64,000 bases of DNA. Source: a virus. The position numbers and the translations under genes are program-made. Below the pieces are notes generated by a model. The model saw only the letters and a list, made by a program, of their open reading frames with translations. It did not search any database and was not told the DNA's origin. Of the stretch, positions 53,743 to 63,773 are shown one piece after another. The stretch covers positions 3,083 through 67,082 of the IMG/VR virus record IMGVR_UViG_3300005549_000009; one strand, 5' to 3'. Positions within the stretch are counted from its first letter, which is position 1. Each line of letters opens with the position of its first letter.

Positions 53743-54611
53743 TGGTCCATCAGCATCTAATCTCCAACGCCAAATTGCTCCGTGCCGACCCGACCCGAAC
53801 CACCGGCATCGTGCGCCGCTTCGTTGCAGACCTGCGCCGCCGCGCCCGGAAGCTGATCGTAGCCGTGAGCGTGTTCCTGGATACCGAGGATGAGCTGGGG
53901 CTCAAGGAGCACACGACGCTGATCCGGATGGCTCGCCGCACGTTCGCGTTTCGGAGCGACGCCGACAAGCTCAAAGCTTTCAACGAATGGTTCGCGCAAC
54001 AGGTGCAGCTGAACGTGCTGAGCGTCCCGGTCGGCACTGATCCGAGTCGGCCTTGGACTGCCCAGTATGTGGAATCGGCTTACAAGCGCGGGCTGCTGAA
54101 CGCTTACTTTTCCACCAAGGCAGGTCGGGAGCTGGGCGAGTTCGAACAGAACCAGATCAGTTTCTTGCGGGCGGCTTTTACGAGTCCGGAAGCTGTGTCC
54201 AAGATGCGGCTTCTGGCAACCCGATCCTTTGAGGATCTGAAAGGCGTCACGGCTCAGATGTCAGCGTCCATGAGTCGGATTCTGGCGAACGGGATGGCTG
54301 AGGGGAGGAACCCGCGAGACATTGCTACGACGATGCGGCAGAACTTGGCTAAGCTGACACAGCAACGGGCTGAGCTGATTGCGAGGACTGAAGTGATCCA
54401 TGCGCACGCAGACGCGCAGCTAGATGCGTTCACTAAGTTGGGTGTGAAGGAGCTTGGGATTCAAGCCGAACTTTCCACAGCGGGAGATGATAGAGTATGT
54501 AGCCAATGTGCGGCTTTAGAAGGTGCAGTTTATCCAATTGAAGAAGCCAGAAATATCATTCCGGTTCATCCGTTGTGCCGTTGTAATTGGACTCCTGTTA
54601 CCGAACCATGA
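53742..54611 (+). CDS. Head morphogenesis protein (SPP1 gp7 / Mu gpF)
   Basis: RAELIARTE, DDRVCSQC, PVHPLCRC. Confidence 0.93.
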   Translation: MVHQHLISNAKLLRADPTRTTGIVRRFVADLRRRARKLIVAVSVFLDTEDELGLKEHTTLIRMARRTFAFRSDADKLKAFNEWFAQQVQLNVLSVPVGTDPSRPWTAQYVESAYKRGLLNAYFSTKAGRELGEFEQNQISFLRAAFTSPEAVSKMRLLATRSFEDLKGVTAQMSASMSRILANGMAEGRNPRDIATTMRQNLAKLTQQRAELIARTEVIHAHADAQLDAFTKLGVKELGIQAELSTAGDDRVCSQCAALEGAVYPIEEARNIIPVHPLCRCNWTPVTEP

Positions 54612-55321
54612 TCGAAGCCCATCCGCCCATCTCGCTCGCCATACCGACCTGGAACCGTTTCGAGATGGTTCAGCGCGCCGTTGCCCAGGTCCTCAATGAT
54701 TCGCGCATCAACGAAATTTGCATCACCGACGATGCCAGCTCGGACGGAAGTTACGAGAAACTGAAAGATTGGGCGGCCGGTCAGCAGAAGTTCATTAAGG
54801 TCATCCAAAACTCAAAGAACCTCGATTGCTACTGCAACAAAGCTCAGGTCCTGCGCGATACGCTCGGCGAATGGGCAATCCTTTTCGACTCGGACAACGT
54901 GCTGCCAGTCTCCTACCTGGACGCGCTCTGGGCCTTGCCGCACTGGGACCCGATGACCAGCTACCTTCCCGTGTTTGCTCGGCCGCACTTCGACTACCGC
55001 GCCTTCGCAGGCAAGCTGATCAACCGACATAACGTCGCGGGGTTCATGAACGATCCGACGTTTCGCTGCGCTCTGAATACGGCGAACTGCTTCGTGCATC
55101 GGCTCACCTATCTGAAGGTGTGGGACCCGAGCGTTGATCCGCACACGGTCGATTCAATGTTCATGAACTACCGGCTTCTGGAGGCCGGATACCGGTTGCA
55201 GTTCGTGCCGGGGCTGGAATACGATCACGAGGTGCATGCCCAGAGCCATTACAAGCTGAACTTTCAAAAGACGGGCAGCTTTGCGGGTGTTGTTGAAACC
55301 AAACTGAGAGCGCTGAGGTAA
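54608..55321 (+). CDS. GT2-like glycosyltransferase
   Basis: IPTWNR, ITDDASSDG, LFDSDN (DxD). Confidence 0.88.
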   Translation: MIEAHPPISLAIPTWNRFEMVQRAVAQVLNDSRINEICITDDASSDGSYEKLKDWAAGQQKFIKVIQNSKNLDCYCNKAQVLRDTLGEWAILFDSDNVLPVSYLDALWALPHWDPMTSYLPVFARPHFDYRAFAGKLINRHNVAGFMNDPTFRCALNTANCFVHRLTYLKVWDPSVDPHTVDSMFMNYRLLEAGYRLQFVPGLEYDHEVHAQSHYKLNFQKTGSFAGVVETKLRALR

Positions 55322-55324
55322 GCC

Positions 55325-55582
55325 ATGAAATGTCGAATTGAATTTAACGATGGACGGGTTGTAGATTGCCCGCAGGTGGCGCTTACGATTGCTGACTTGC
55401 TGGAAGCTCACCCGAGTGGTCTGGCGTTTGATGGTAATGGCAACAAGGTTGACCGGAGCACTCGTGACAAAGATTACGAGATCAACAATGACTTGGTTGC
55501 TGTCATGTTCGAGAACAAGGAGGATGCCGAAGGTAGATTGGAGAAAAATGCCTTTGCGATAATCCGTGGCTTCAATGATTAA
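55325..55582 (+). CDS. Hypothetical protein
   Basis: GAGG RBS. Confidence 0.55.
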   Translation: MKCRIEFNDGRVVDCPQVALTIADLLEAHPSGLAFDGNGNKVDRSTRDKDYEINNDLVAVMFENKEDAEGRLEKNAFAIIRGFND

Positions 55583-55928
55583 CCCCAAACTCAACAGCCT
55601 AAAAATCGCCCTATCGAGACTGAACCGAAGGCGCGAGCAGGCTTTCGCCCGCAACGGAGCCGGTGAGGACAAACCGCTGCGCCCAAGTGAGCGAGCCGCC
55701 CGGCTCTGCGCCGAGGCAAAGAAAATGGGCCTCGCAGGCCCGACAGAGGGCATGATTGCCGCAGCTATTTGCAACGCTGAACTGGACACGCTCGCCTGCT
55801 ATGAAATTGTCGCTGCGCATCATGGCGGCTGCCGAGACGTGCTGAAGCTTTTACTTAGAAACTTTGCCTCTGAAGAGGACAAAGCTGAGATGTGGCAGCG
55901 TTACGTTCAGGAACTGGACAGTCAATAG
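55575..55928 (+). CDS. Hypothetical protein
   Basis: ORF in operon. Confidence 0.55.
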   Translation: MINPKLNSLKIALSRLNRRREQAFARNGAGEDKPLRPSERAARLCAEAKKMGLAGPTEGMIAAAICNAELDTLACYEIVAAHHGGCRDVLKLLLRNFASEEDKAEMWQRYVQELDSQ

Positions 55929-55929
55929 C

Positions 55930-56670
55930 ATGGTCATCCCGCGCACGTTTGGACGTTTAGGGAACTTTCTTTTCCAAGTGGCTGCTACCATCGGTTACGC
56001 CAAGCGCCATGGCTTGGAGTTCTCCGTTCCTACCGAAACCAACGATTCTAAATGGTCACCGGTTTATCTCGGGCACCTGGCGAATGAAAATTATACTCCA
56101 CACCTTCCTGAAGTTCGTGTTGTCGAACGCGGCCATGCATATCAAGAGATTCCTTTTAAAGAGGAGTGGCGTCGCAAAAACATCGTGTTGGACGGCTACT
56201 GGCAGTCTGAGAAATACTTTGCCGATGTCCGCAACGAGATACTCCAGCAGTTTCAGTATCCTTGGCGACTGAACCCAGGAACCGTCTCCGTTCACGTTCG
56301 ACGCGGGGACTACGTGCAGCTTGCCGCCAAGCATCCGCCACTTTCGGTTGAATGGTATGACGCAGCCATGAGCCGCTTTCCTGGGGCTGTGTTCCAGTTC
56401 TTTTCGGATGACATCGCCTATTGCAGAGTCCATTGGGGCAAGCGAAGCGATTGCACGTTTTCAACCTGGCGCACGGAGGAGCAGGATCTGGCGGCCGGTT
56501 CCTGGTGCGAGAATCACATTTGCTCTGCCTCAACGTTCTCGTGGTGGCAAGCGTGGCTGAACCAGAACCCGCGCAAACGCATCCTGATTCCGCAGCGGTG
56601 GTTTTCGGTGGCCGAGGAGGCTAAGTGTTGCACGAAAGATATAGTGCCAGAAACTTGGGAGAGGTTGTGA
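55930..56670 (+). CDS. GT11 alpha-1,2-fucosyltransferase-like
   Basis: GRLGNFLFQ, GYWQSEKYF, VHVRRGDY, FSDD, STFSWW. Confidence 0.93.
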   Translation: MVIPRTFGRLGNFLFQVAATIGYAKRHGLEFSVPTETNDSKWSPVYLGHLANENYTPHLPEVRVVERGHAYQEIPFKEEWRRKNIVLDGYWQSEKYFADVRNEILQQFQYPWRLNPGTVSVHVRRGDYVQLAAKHPPLSVEWYDAAMSRFPGAVFQFFSDDIAYCRVHWGKRSDCTFSTWRTEEQDLAAGSWCENHICSASTFSWWQAWLNQNPRKRILIPQRWFSVAEEAKCCTKDIVPETWERL

Positions 56671-56838
56671 ATGGATCACGCTGAGCAAATCGCGAAGTTC
56701 GAAAACGATCTGGACGCTTTGATTGACCGTTACCGTGTCGAGTTTGATATGACCTATGCGGCCATGGTAGGCTCGCTGTTTATCAAAGTCCATGCGCTCG
56801 CCAGTGAAGCAAACGGTGAGGATGAAGAAAGAGATTGA
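56671..56838 (+). CDS. 55 aa hypothetical, not in ORF track
   Basis: GAGG RBS; MDHAEQIAKFENDLDALIDRYRVEFD... Confidence 0.55.
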   Translation: MDHAEQIAKFENDLDALIDRYRVEFDMTYAAMVGSLFIKVHALASEANGEDEERD

Positions 56839-56843
56839 GGCTT

Positions 56844-57101
56844 ATGAAACGATATTTGATTGCGGTTCTTTTGTTCGGGTTAGCTGGCTGCGCCCACATG
56901 GACAAAGCCGTCCTAACCGAGGTCAAGACTGCCGACGGCAAAGCCGTCTTAATCCCGAATCCTGTAATTGTTGGAACGACATCGGTAGTCGGGCCTGCTC
57001 TTGGTCCCTACGGCGTAGCTGGGTCTGCCGTCATTGTTTCCGGACTCTCGCTCTACGCTGCGCTCCGCAATCGAAAGAGTGAAAACGAACTGGAGAAATG
57101 A
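56844..57101 (+). CDS. Lipoprotein with C-terminal TM
   Basis: Lipobox LAGC; hydrophobic C-terminal segment. Confidence 0.65.
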   Translation: MKRYLIAVLLFGLAGCAHMDKAVLTEVKTADGKAVLIPNPVIVGTTSVVGPALGPYGVAGSAVIVSGLSLYAALRNRKSENELEK

Positions 57102-57712
57102 GGGAGTTTCACAAGCAGATCGACAAGCGAATGTTCGATTTCCAGGGCTTCTATTGGGACATGGCCAATTGGATGCCTAATGAAGCCGTCATTGCTGAAG
57201 TTGGCTGCGCCGAGGGAGCCAGCACGGTTTACCTCGCTGAGACGCTCCTTAACCTGGGCAAGACGTTTACATTTTACGCCATCGATAACTTGGCCTACGG
57301 GCGCGAAGACCAGTTGCGCGTTCTGATGAAGAACCTTGGGCAAGCGAACCTAGCGCACTTGGTTGAGATCGTGCCAGTCTCCAGCGTCGAAGGGGCCTGC
57401 CGGTTTCCTGATTTCCATTTCGATTTTGTCTTCATCGATGCCAGTCACAAGATCGAATGGACCAAGGCGGACATTTTCCTCTGGTATCAGAAGCTGAAAC
57501 ACAATGGGATTCTGGCTGGCCACGATTACAATACCAGAGAAGGGTGGGAGGTTAAGATGGCCGTGGACGCCATCATCCCGAAGTCGATTCCAGATCACAC
57601 CGATCCAAGTGGAGGAGCCAAAGTTAAGACCATCGAAATCATTCCAACTGAGAAAAGTCACAACGTATGGAAGGTGAAGAAACTCGACCGTCTCCAGCTC
57701 CGTCTCTCCTAA
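57098..57712 (+). CDS. Class I SAM methyltransferase (Methyltransf_24-like)
   Basis: EVGCAEGAS, FVFIDASH, LAGHDY. Confidence 0.88.
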   Translation: MREFHKQIDKRMFDFQGFYWDMANWMPNEAVIAEVGCAEGASTVYLAETLLNLGKTFTFYAIDNLAYGREDQLRVLMKNLGQANLAHLVEIVPVSSVEGACRFPDFHFDFVFIDASHKIEWTKADIFLWYQKLKHNGILAGHDYNTREGWEVKMAVDAIIPKSIPDHTDPSGGAKVKTIEIIPTEKSHNVWKVKKLDRLQLRLS

Positions 57713-58482
57713 ACGATTCTTACATCAGCTTCGTCAACTTGAAGCATCGGCAGGATCGATTGCAGAAGATGCTGGAGACGCTGACCAGTCGTAACATGGT
57801 TGCAGTTCGGCAAGAGGCCCTTTACCCAGCCGACGTAACCGACAAGATCCAACCTGCTGCTCGGCTCAAGATCATGCAGCAGCGCACGCCCGGTGCGATA
57901 GGTTGCCACTTCAGTCAAGTTGCCATCATGGAGGAGGCGCTGAAACAAAAGAAGCATGCCTGGGTCATGGAAGATGATCTGAAAATTTGCGCGGACATTC
58001 ATGAGCGGCTGGCCTACATAGACCGGTTCATTGCCACGCACCCGTGGGATATTTTATGGATGGGAGGCACATTCCACGTCAACCCACCGCACTGGCACAA
58101 AGGGCCGCCATTGAATCGGGATGCCGAATGCACGGACGATCCAAGAATGATGCGAACCTACGGAGCCTTTTGCACCTACTCTTACATTGTGAATCGTGCT
58201 TCGATTCCGAAAGTCCTGGAAGGGCTGGATCATTGGCTGGACAAGTCGATGGGAATTGATTGGGCGATGATCATGATGCAGCCGAGTTTGCATACCTACG
58301 CTTTTGTGCCGGGTTGTTGCGTTCAATACGACAATCTTTCAGATATCGGAATAGACCGCAAAGGCGTGGCGGCCGTCACAAATTTTAGCGGCTTCAAGCG
58401 GCTTGGTCCCTACTGGTTTGCAAATCATATGGGCGATTTCGATCCGACCCGGTTCAATTGGCACGAAGCATCGAAGCGATGA
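57667..58482 (+). CDS. GT25-like glycosyltransferase
   Basis: VNLKHRQDR, GAIGCHFSQ, VMEDD. Confidence 0.85.
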   Translation: MEGEETRPSPAPSLLNDSYISFVNLKHRQDRLQKMLETLTSRNMVAVRQEALYPADVTDKIQPAARLKIMQQRTPGAIGCHFSQVAIMEEALKQKKHAWVMEDDLKICADIHERLAYIDRFIATHPWDILWMGGTFHVNPPHWHKGPPLNRDAECTDDPRMMRTYGAFCTYSYIVNRASIPKVLEGLDHWLDKSMGIDWAMIMMQPSLHTYAFVPGCCVQYDNLSDIGIDRKGVAAVTNFSGFKRLGPYWFANHMGDFDPTRFNWHEASKR

Positions 58483-59399
58483 GAACGGCAGTGCTGATAA
58501 CAGGCGGCGCTTACAATTGCAGATACGCGCTTCCTTCGCTCGCTGCGAATCTCGTGCTGCCCAATGATGCCGACGTGTTCATGTTGCTTAGCCGCTACAA
58601 CCGTCGCCGAAAAGCGCCTTTTACTGAGGACCGGGTTCCATCCGACCGAATTGATGATTGGATTCAGAAGGTGAAGACGCAAGTCGTAGACGAGAGCCCA
58701 TTGTCAGACGCGGAAATTGACTTCATCAAGGAAGTGTTCGGAGATCGGCTCAAAGTTTTTCTGTTGTTGGAGGAGATGCCAGCCTATGAGAATTACATCA
58801 TGAGGCAGCGGGACCTGATGATGCATCTGATCAATCGCTTCCGAAAACAGAGTGTCGAACTAGGCTTGCCCCCTCCATTTGGCGGGGACGTGGCTTTTGG
58901 GGACAATGGAAACGTGCGGATCGTCATCGACCAATATCACCATGTCGCAGAATGCTACCGGCAGATGGTGAAGTTTGAGGTGGCAAGTTCAGTGAGATAC
59001 GATTCAGTGATCCGCATCCGGCCCGATTTCATCGTCGAGAAACCAGCTGTCTTGCAGAGCTTTTACGACAGGCACCGCCATATCGAAGCCCTCTACGTCT
59101 GCGGGAGTTTCCGGGAAGATCCAATGGAATGGGCGGATGAGTTTTGTTTCTTTGGCGAGCGGCCGATTGCCGATAAAGTCTTTCCAAACTTGGATCAAAT
59201 GGGTTTCATGGAGGACCGACGATACGCCACCGTCTACAAAGGCAACGAGTATATGTTCGCTCCCGAGACCCAGTTCTCAATCCTGCTCTGGAAGCTGGAG
59301 GTTCCAGTCGTTTCGCTCCCTATCTATCGCTCCTCCTGTTACTCGGACGGAAAGGATGGATGGGATTACCTCAACTACACGATCCCATTAGGAGGTTGA
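58479..59399 (+). CDS. Putative glycosyltransferase-like protein
   Basis: TAVLITG...YDSVIRIRPD pattern common in phage glyco clusters. Confidence 0.65.
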   Translation: MRTAVLITGGAYNCRYALPSLAANLVLPNDADVFMLLSRYNRRRKAPFTEDRVPSDRIDDWIQKVKTQVVDESPLSDAEIDFIKEVFGDRLKVFLLLEEMPAYENYIMRQRDLMMHLINRFRKQSVELGLPPPFGGDVAFGDNGNVRIVIDQYHHVAECYRQMVKFEVASSVRYDSVIRIRPDFIVEKPAVLQSFYDRHRHIEALYVCGSFREDPMEWADEFCFFGERPIADKVFPNLDQMGFMEDRRYATVYKGNEYMFAPETQFSILLWKLEVPVVSLPIYRSSCYSDGKDGWDYLNYTIPLGG

Positions 59400-59401
59400 T
59401 T

Positions 59402-59959
59402 ATGAATCCGACTCTGGTCCGATACCGGCGCGATTTGTGGCAGCTGTTAGGCAATCAATCGATACTTGGCGACGCGGCAGAAGTCGGCACCGCAGAAGGC
59501 AACTTCGCTGAGGAAATCCTGCGCTGGCCGGTTGCGTTTCGTCTGGTTTATCTCGTGGACCGATGGAAAAGCATGCCTATGATGCGTGGAGATTCGGCTA
59601 AGCCACAAGCGTGGCACGATGCGAATCGAATCCGGGCTGCGTCGCGGGTTGCACGGTTCAAAGATCGGGTTCAGGTTTTGCACATGGAAAGCGTAGCAGC
59701 CGCCAGAGTCGTTCCAGATGCGAGCCTCTCCTTCGTGAACGTTGACGCCGATCATTCTTACGAAGGCGTCCGAGCCGATATCCTGGCTTGGTGGCCGAAA
59801 CTGAAAACGGGTGCTGTCATCTCGTTCCATGATTACGAGCAGCCTTCCTATGGAGTCAAGCGAGCGGTGAGTGAATTTGCTTCGGAGCGTGGTCTGGTGG
59901 TCTACGAGTTGCCAGAGGACAAGGAGGAGGACGCGGGCGCGTTCCTGATCAAATGCTGA
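59402..59959 (+). CDS. Class I SAM methyltransferase (Methyltransf_24-like)
   Basis: AEVGTAEG, VDADHSYEGV, HDY. Confidence 0.88.
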   Translation: MNPTLVRYRRDLWQLLGNQSILGDAAEVGTAEGNFAEEILRWPVAFRLVYLVDRWKSMPMMRGDSAKPQAWHDANRIRAASRVARFKDRVQVLHMESVAAARVVPDASLSFVNVDADHSYEGVRADILAWWPKLKTGAVISFHDYEQPSYGVKRAVSEFASERGLVVYELPEDKEEDAGAFLIKC

Positions 59960-60654
59960 TTCCATTTTCTGAACTTTGGACCCGGCACGGGTTGCGAAAC
60001 GTTAGCGAAGTTTTGCACTGCGGAGCCAACGAAGGCCAGGAAGCCGAGGAATACAATCGGCTTGGAATTAAGCGGGTCGTCTGGATCGAAGCGCACGAGC
60101 CGACATATCAGAAGCTAGTTCATCACATCGCATCATTGAAATATGGGTCAAATCATCTTAAGCGGTTCGATCATGTCCAGCATGACTGCGTGACGTTCCA
60201 TAACGGTGCGATTCATGTTTGTTTGAATGCCTGCATCAGCGACAAGGACGGCGAGCCGGTTACCTTCCACGTCGCCAACAACGGCAGCCAAAGCTCATCG
60301 ATTCTGGAGCTAGGCACGCACGCTGAAGAACATCCTAGTGTTAAATACGTTGAAGCAGTGCAGATGAAGACGACGCGGCTGGATACGTTGCTGGCTGGCT
60401 TCGTTCCGTTTAATCCTGGGGCGTTATTTAATTGCGACATCCAAGGTGCAGAGTTACTGGCCTTAAAAGGGATCGGAGACATGCTCAAGCAGTTCTCTTG
60501 GCTTTACTTGGAGATTAACACTAAACCATTATATGTCGGTTGTTCTTTGGTCGAAGAAATTGATGAATTTTTGGATGAATATGGATTTAAAAGACTTCAG
60601 ACCAAGTTGACCAATCATGGTTGGGGAGACGCTATCTATGGGCGATCAGCTTAA
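59953..60654 (+). CDS. FkbM family methyltransferase
   Basis: HCGANEG, SSSILE, DIQGAEL.ALKG, WGDAIY. Confidence 0.9.
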   Translation: MLIPFSELWTRHGLRNVSEVLHCGANEGQEAEEYNRLGIKRVVWIEAHEPTYQKLVHHIASLKYGSNHLKRFDHVQHDCVTFHNGAIHVCLNACISDKDGEPVTFHVANNGSQSSSILELGTHAEEHPSVKYVEAVQMKTTRLDTLLAGFVPFNPGALFNCDIQGAELLALKGIGDMLKQFSWLYLEINTKPLYVGCSLVEEIDEFLDEYGFKRLQTKLTNHGWGDAIYGRSA

Positions 60655-61303
60655 AAATATTAAAGGCCAAAAGTTCAATCGCTGGACTGTTCTTGAATTT
60701 AGTCATAATAATGGGCGTAAATCATTTTGGAAATGCCGCTGTGATTGTGGAACAGAAAGCGTAATAGGCAGTTATTCTTTGAGGTCTGGAGGTAGTAAAT
60801 CTTGCGGTTGCTTCCGAAGACTCTTAGACAATCAACCTGGGACTATACACGGAATGACTGGCACTCCAACTTTTAAATCATGGTGCCGAATGATTGCGCG
60901 TTGTTGTCAGCCAGGATCGACTGGATACAAGCGGTATGGTGGGGCCGGTATCATGGTTTGCGAACGTTGGAAAAAATTTGACAATTTTTTTGCAGACATG
61001 GGGCATAGACCATCTGGCAAAAGCTTGGACAGATTTCCAAACAAGGATGGAAACTACGAGCCAGAAAATTGCAGATGGGCTACAGCTAAAGAACAAAATC
61101 AAAATCAGAACAAGAACATTAGCATCACAATTGATGGGGTTACAAATGTTCTATCTGAATGGGCAAGACATTTTAAGATTTCTAGAAATACCGTTGTTAA
61201 TCGAATTTTAAAGGGCTGCGACCCGGAAAAAGCTTTCTATGCACCGGATTTGCGATATTCCCAAAGATATCCCAGAGATTTAGTCGAGAGGCGAATCCCA
61301 TGA
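60638..61303 (+). mobile_element. Free-standing HNH homing endonuclease
   Basis: WKCRCDCG, KSCGC, YGGAGI.VCERW, SLDR..DGNYEPENCRWAT; visibly AT-richer than flanks. Confidence 0.85.
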
Positions 61304-61956
61304 AACCGCTCGGCTACGAATCCATCCCGTTCGATGCCCTGCGCCACAACTTCGTGGCTCCAATCAAGCAGCTGTTCGGCACCGATGCCTTGGACCAGCT
61401 GCACGAAGACGGATTCACCGAGCTGTTCAAAGTTGGCGCGGACTCGGCCACTAGTTTTCATAAAAAGTTCTACGACCGCTACCGCGAAGGCTGGCTGGAA
61501 ATGGAAAGCCTTTACGCTCGTTTCATCAAGGAAGTCGTGGCACCCATGTTCGGCGGCGAGTTCCTGTTTCAGAAGTTCCCGACCTTTCGTGTGCACCTTC
61601 GAAACAATGTCGCGGTAGGAGCATTCCACACTGATGCCGAGTTCGGGCACCCGGCTGGCGAGGTTAATTTCATCATCCCGCTCACCAACTCGCAAGGCAC
61701 CGCCAGCGTCTGGGTCGAATCGGCTCCAGGAGCTAAGGACTACGCTCCTATGGAGCTGGAGGTAGGCACCATGATTCGGTTCCATGGGAACTTGCTCAGC
61801 CACGGCAACAAGGTCAACACGACGGCGCGCACCAGAGTCAGCATGGACTTTCGCATCCTGCCTGCGCACTGCTACCATGAGGATGATACGGGCATTTCCG
61901 TTACGCTGGGAACCAAGTTTCGCGAGGGTGCATATTATCGGAGGTTCAGACCATGA
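61300..61956 (+). CDS. StrG-like Fe(II)/2OG dioxygenase-fold protein
   Basis: FQKFPTFRV, FHTD (HxD), HGNKVN, RVSMDFR. Confidence 0.8.
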   Translation: MKPLGYESIPFDALRHNFVAPIKQLFGTDALDQLHEDGFTELFKVGADSATSFHKKFYDRYREGWLEMESLYARFIKEVVAPMFGGEFLFQKFPTFRVHLRNNVAVGAFHTDAEFGHPAGEVNFIIPLTNSQGTASVWVESAPGAKDYAPMELEVGTMIRFHGNLLSHGNKVNTTARTRVSMDFRILPAHCYHEDDTGISVTLGTKFREGAYYRRFRP

Positions 61957-62159
61957 GCGATGACGACTTCAGGGTTTTGTATGGCTTCGCCGATGTGCCG
62001 GATCATGTCTGGTATGCCTTGCTTGAGATGGCTCAATGGATTGATGGGGAATGGTCCTGGCACGCTAGAGCAGGATTCACTGCGGTTCAGACATTGATTT
62101 TAGAAAGGACCGGCTTCAAGGGACCAGTCTTGCATCAATGCCCCTCCTCACGACCATAA
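61953..62159 (+). CDS. Hypothetical protein
   Basis: ATGA overlap. Confidence 0.5.
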   Translation: MSDDDFRVLYGFADVPDHVWYALLEMAQWIDGEWSWHARAGFTAVQTLILERTGFKGPVLHQCPSSRP

Positions 62160-62971
62160 CCAGCTATTGGTCCAGGCCCCAGATGCTGGAGGTGTGGCTC
62201 GAAGCCATCCGAAGCTGTAGCATTCCGGAGGTGGAGCATATCCTTTTCAACGTTGGAAATGGGCCGTCAATGCTCACTGCTGCTGAACAGCTTAGAATCG
62301 TGCCGATTGCCTCGCTCAAAAGTATCGGCCATGCACATAATTTCGGAGCCAAGCGGGCTACCACTGAATGGATCATGAAGCTGGACGTGGACACGCTGCC
62401 GAGTCTGAACTTTTTTAGTGATTTGCTCGATGTTCTCGCCGGAGCAAAAGAGCGCGAATGGTTCAACTGCGGCATGGTCTATTTCCGGCAGGCCATGAGC
62501 ACCCACTATCTGAGCAAAGACAAAATGCCGCTGAGTCCAGGCTTTGTTGAAAACGTCACAACTCAGTTGCCGACCTACTCGACCGGCAGCTACACGCTTC
62601 CTTCGGCCACAAACTTCATTTGCCGCCGCGCCGATTACTTGGCGCTGGGAGGCTGCGATCCGCGCTTCGATGGTTACGGCTGGGAGGATTACCAGCAGAT
62701 TTACATGCTCGAACGCTACCAGCTCGGCCGCGATCCCTTACTCGGAGTTGTGACGCTGGACAACGTGACGCGCCGCTGCCGTGACGAGATCAGCCGCAAG
62801 AAGGCGCGGGAGCTGTTCGAGCGCAACCGGACGCTGTGCCTGTTCCATCGGTGGCATCCGCCAGCCGAAAAGAATCGGGCTAAGGTGGACGCGAATCGGA
62901 AGGTTTTGTTCGATTACATTCAAGCCGCACGGGCAAAGGAAAGCTTGCAAAGTCAAGTCGTAATGTCATAG
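62138..62971 (+). CDS. GT2/GT7-like glycosyltransferase
   Basis: WIMKLDVD (DxD), GGCDPRFDGYGWED, HRWH. Confidence 0.85.
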   Translation: MPLLTTITSYWSRPQMLEVWLEAIRSCSIPEVEHILFNVGNGPSMLTAAEQLRIVPIASLKSIGHAHNFGAKRATTEWIMKLDVDTLPSLNFFSDLLDVLAGAKEREWFNCGMVYFRQAMSTHYLSKDKMPLSPGFVENVTTQLPTYSTGSYTLPSATNFICRRADYLALGGCDPRFDGYGWEDYQQIYMLERYQLGRDPLLGVVTLDNVTRRCRDEISRKKARELFERNRTLCLFHRWHPPAEKNRAKVDANRKVLFDYIQAARAKESLQSQVVMS

Positions 62972-62981
62972 ACCTGGGGCT

Positions 62982-63497
62982 ATGACAAAGCTAATCGGCT
63001 TCCTATCTCTGGCTCTGGTAATCTTCGCGCTCGGTTGCAAGACCACTGATCCGCTCACGGGCAACAAGGTTTACGATCCAGTCAAGACGGCCAAGATTCA
63101 TGAGGCGGTCAAACCGATCTTGCAGACGGCCGTGAGCCAAATCATTGCTCGCAACACGAATGATGCCGTAGTAATTTCAGGTTACTTTCGTGGCGTCGCT
63201 GAGGTTTTCTGTCAGATGGATCGGGACAAGCAATTCTCGCCGGAGTCCCTCGCGCAACAAGTTGGCGAACGCCTCAACGGGGTGATATCGTCGCTCAAGC
63301 CCGATCAACAATTGTGGATTCTGACTGCCAAGAATTTGATCGTTGCTCTCTACGGAATCCGATTTGCCGACCGCAACAATGCCGACATCCCGGAGGATGG
63401 TTATCTCTCTTTCTTGAGCAAACTGTTTTGTCAATCGATTGATCAGGGTTTGAAGGATTCCGGGCAGCCTGGCGTTCCGCCCGTAGCCACACCTTGA
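62982..63497 (+). CDS. Lipoprotein
   Basis: Signal peptide with lipobox ALGC. Confidence 0.65.
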   Translation: MTKLIGFLSLALVIFALGCKTTDPLTGNKVYDPVKTAKIHEAVKPILQTAVSQIIARNTNDAVVISGYFRGVAEVFCQMDRDKQFSPESLAQQVGERLNGVISSLKPDQQLWILTAKNLIVALYGIRFADRNNADIPEDGYLSFLSKLFCQSIDQGLKDSGQPGVPPVATP

Positions 63498-63500
63498 GTT

Positions 63501-63773
63501 ATGAGATGCATCGCAGAACTTTCTACCTGGAGCGACAAATCGGAAAACGCAAGGCACCCACGCTACCGGAGCGTTCAGGCTGCCGTTGGTGCCATCCTCG
63601 CGCATCACCCATATTGCACGGCGCAGGACGGATCAGGGAAGCCCGTGACCATCGAGACGCCAGATTCTAAATACGTCGCTGCCAATGGAATCCTTGCCGT
63701 CCTTTGGAAGGACGAGGGTGATCGGGTTAAAGGGGATTTGAGCAAAGCGTTTGCTGTCATCCGCCCGGTTTAA
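63501..63773 (+). CDS. Hypothetical protein
   Basis: 90 aa ORF. Confidence 0.5.
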   Translation: MRCIAELSTWSDKSENARHPRYRSVQAAVGAILAHHPYCTAQDGSGKPVTIETPDSKYVAANGILAVLWKDEGDRVKGDLSKAFAVIRPV

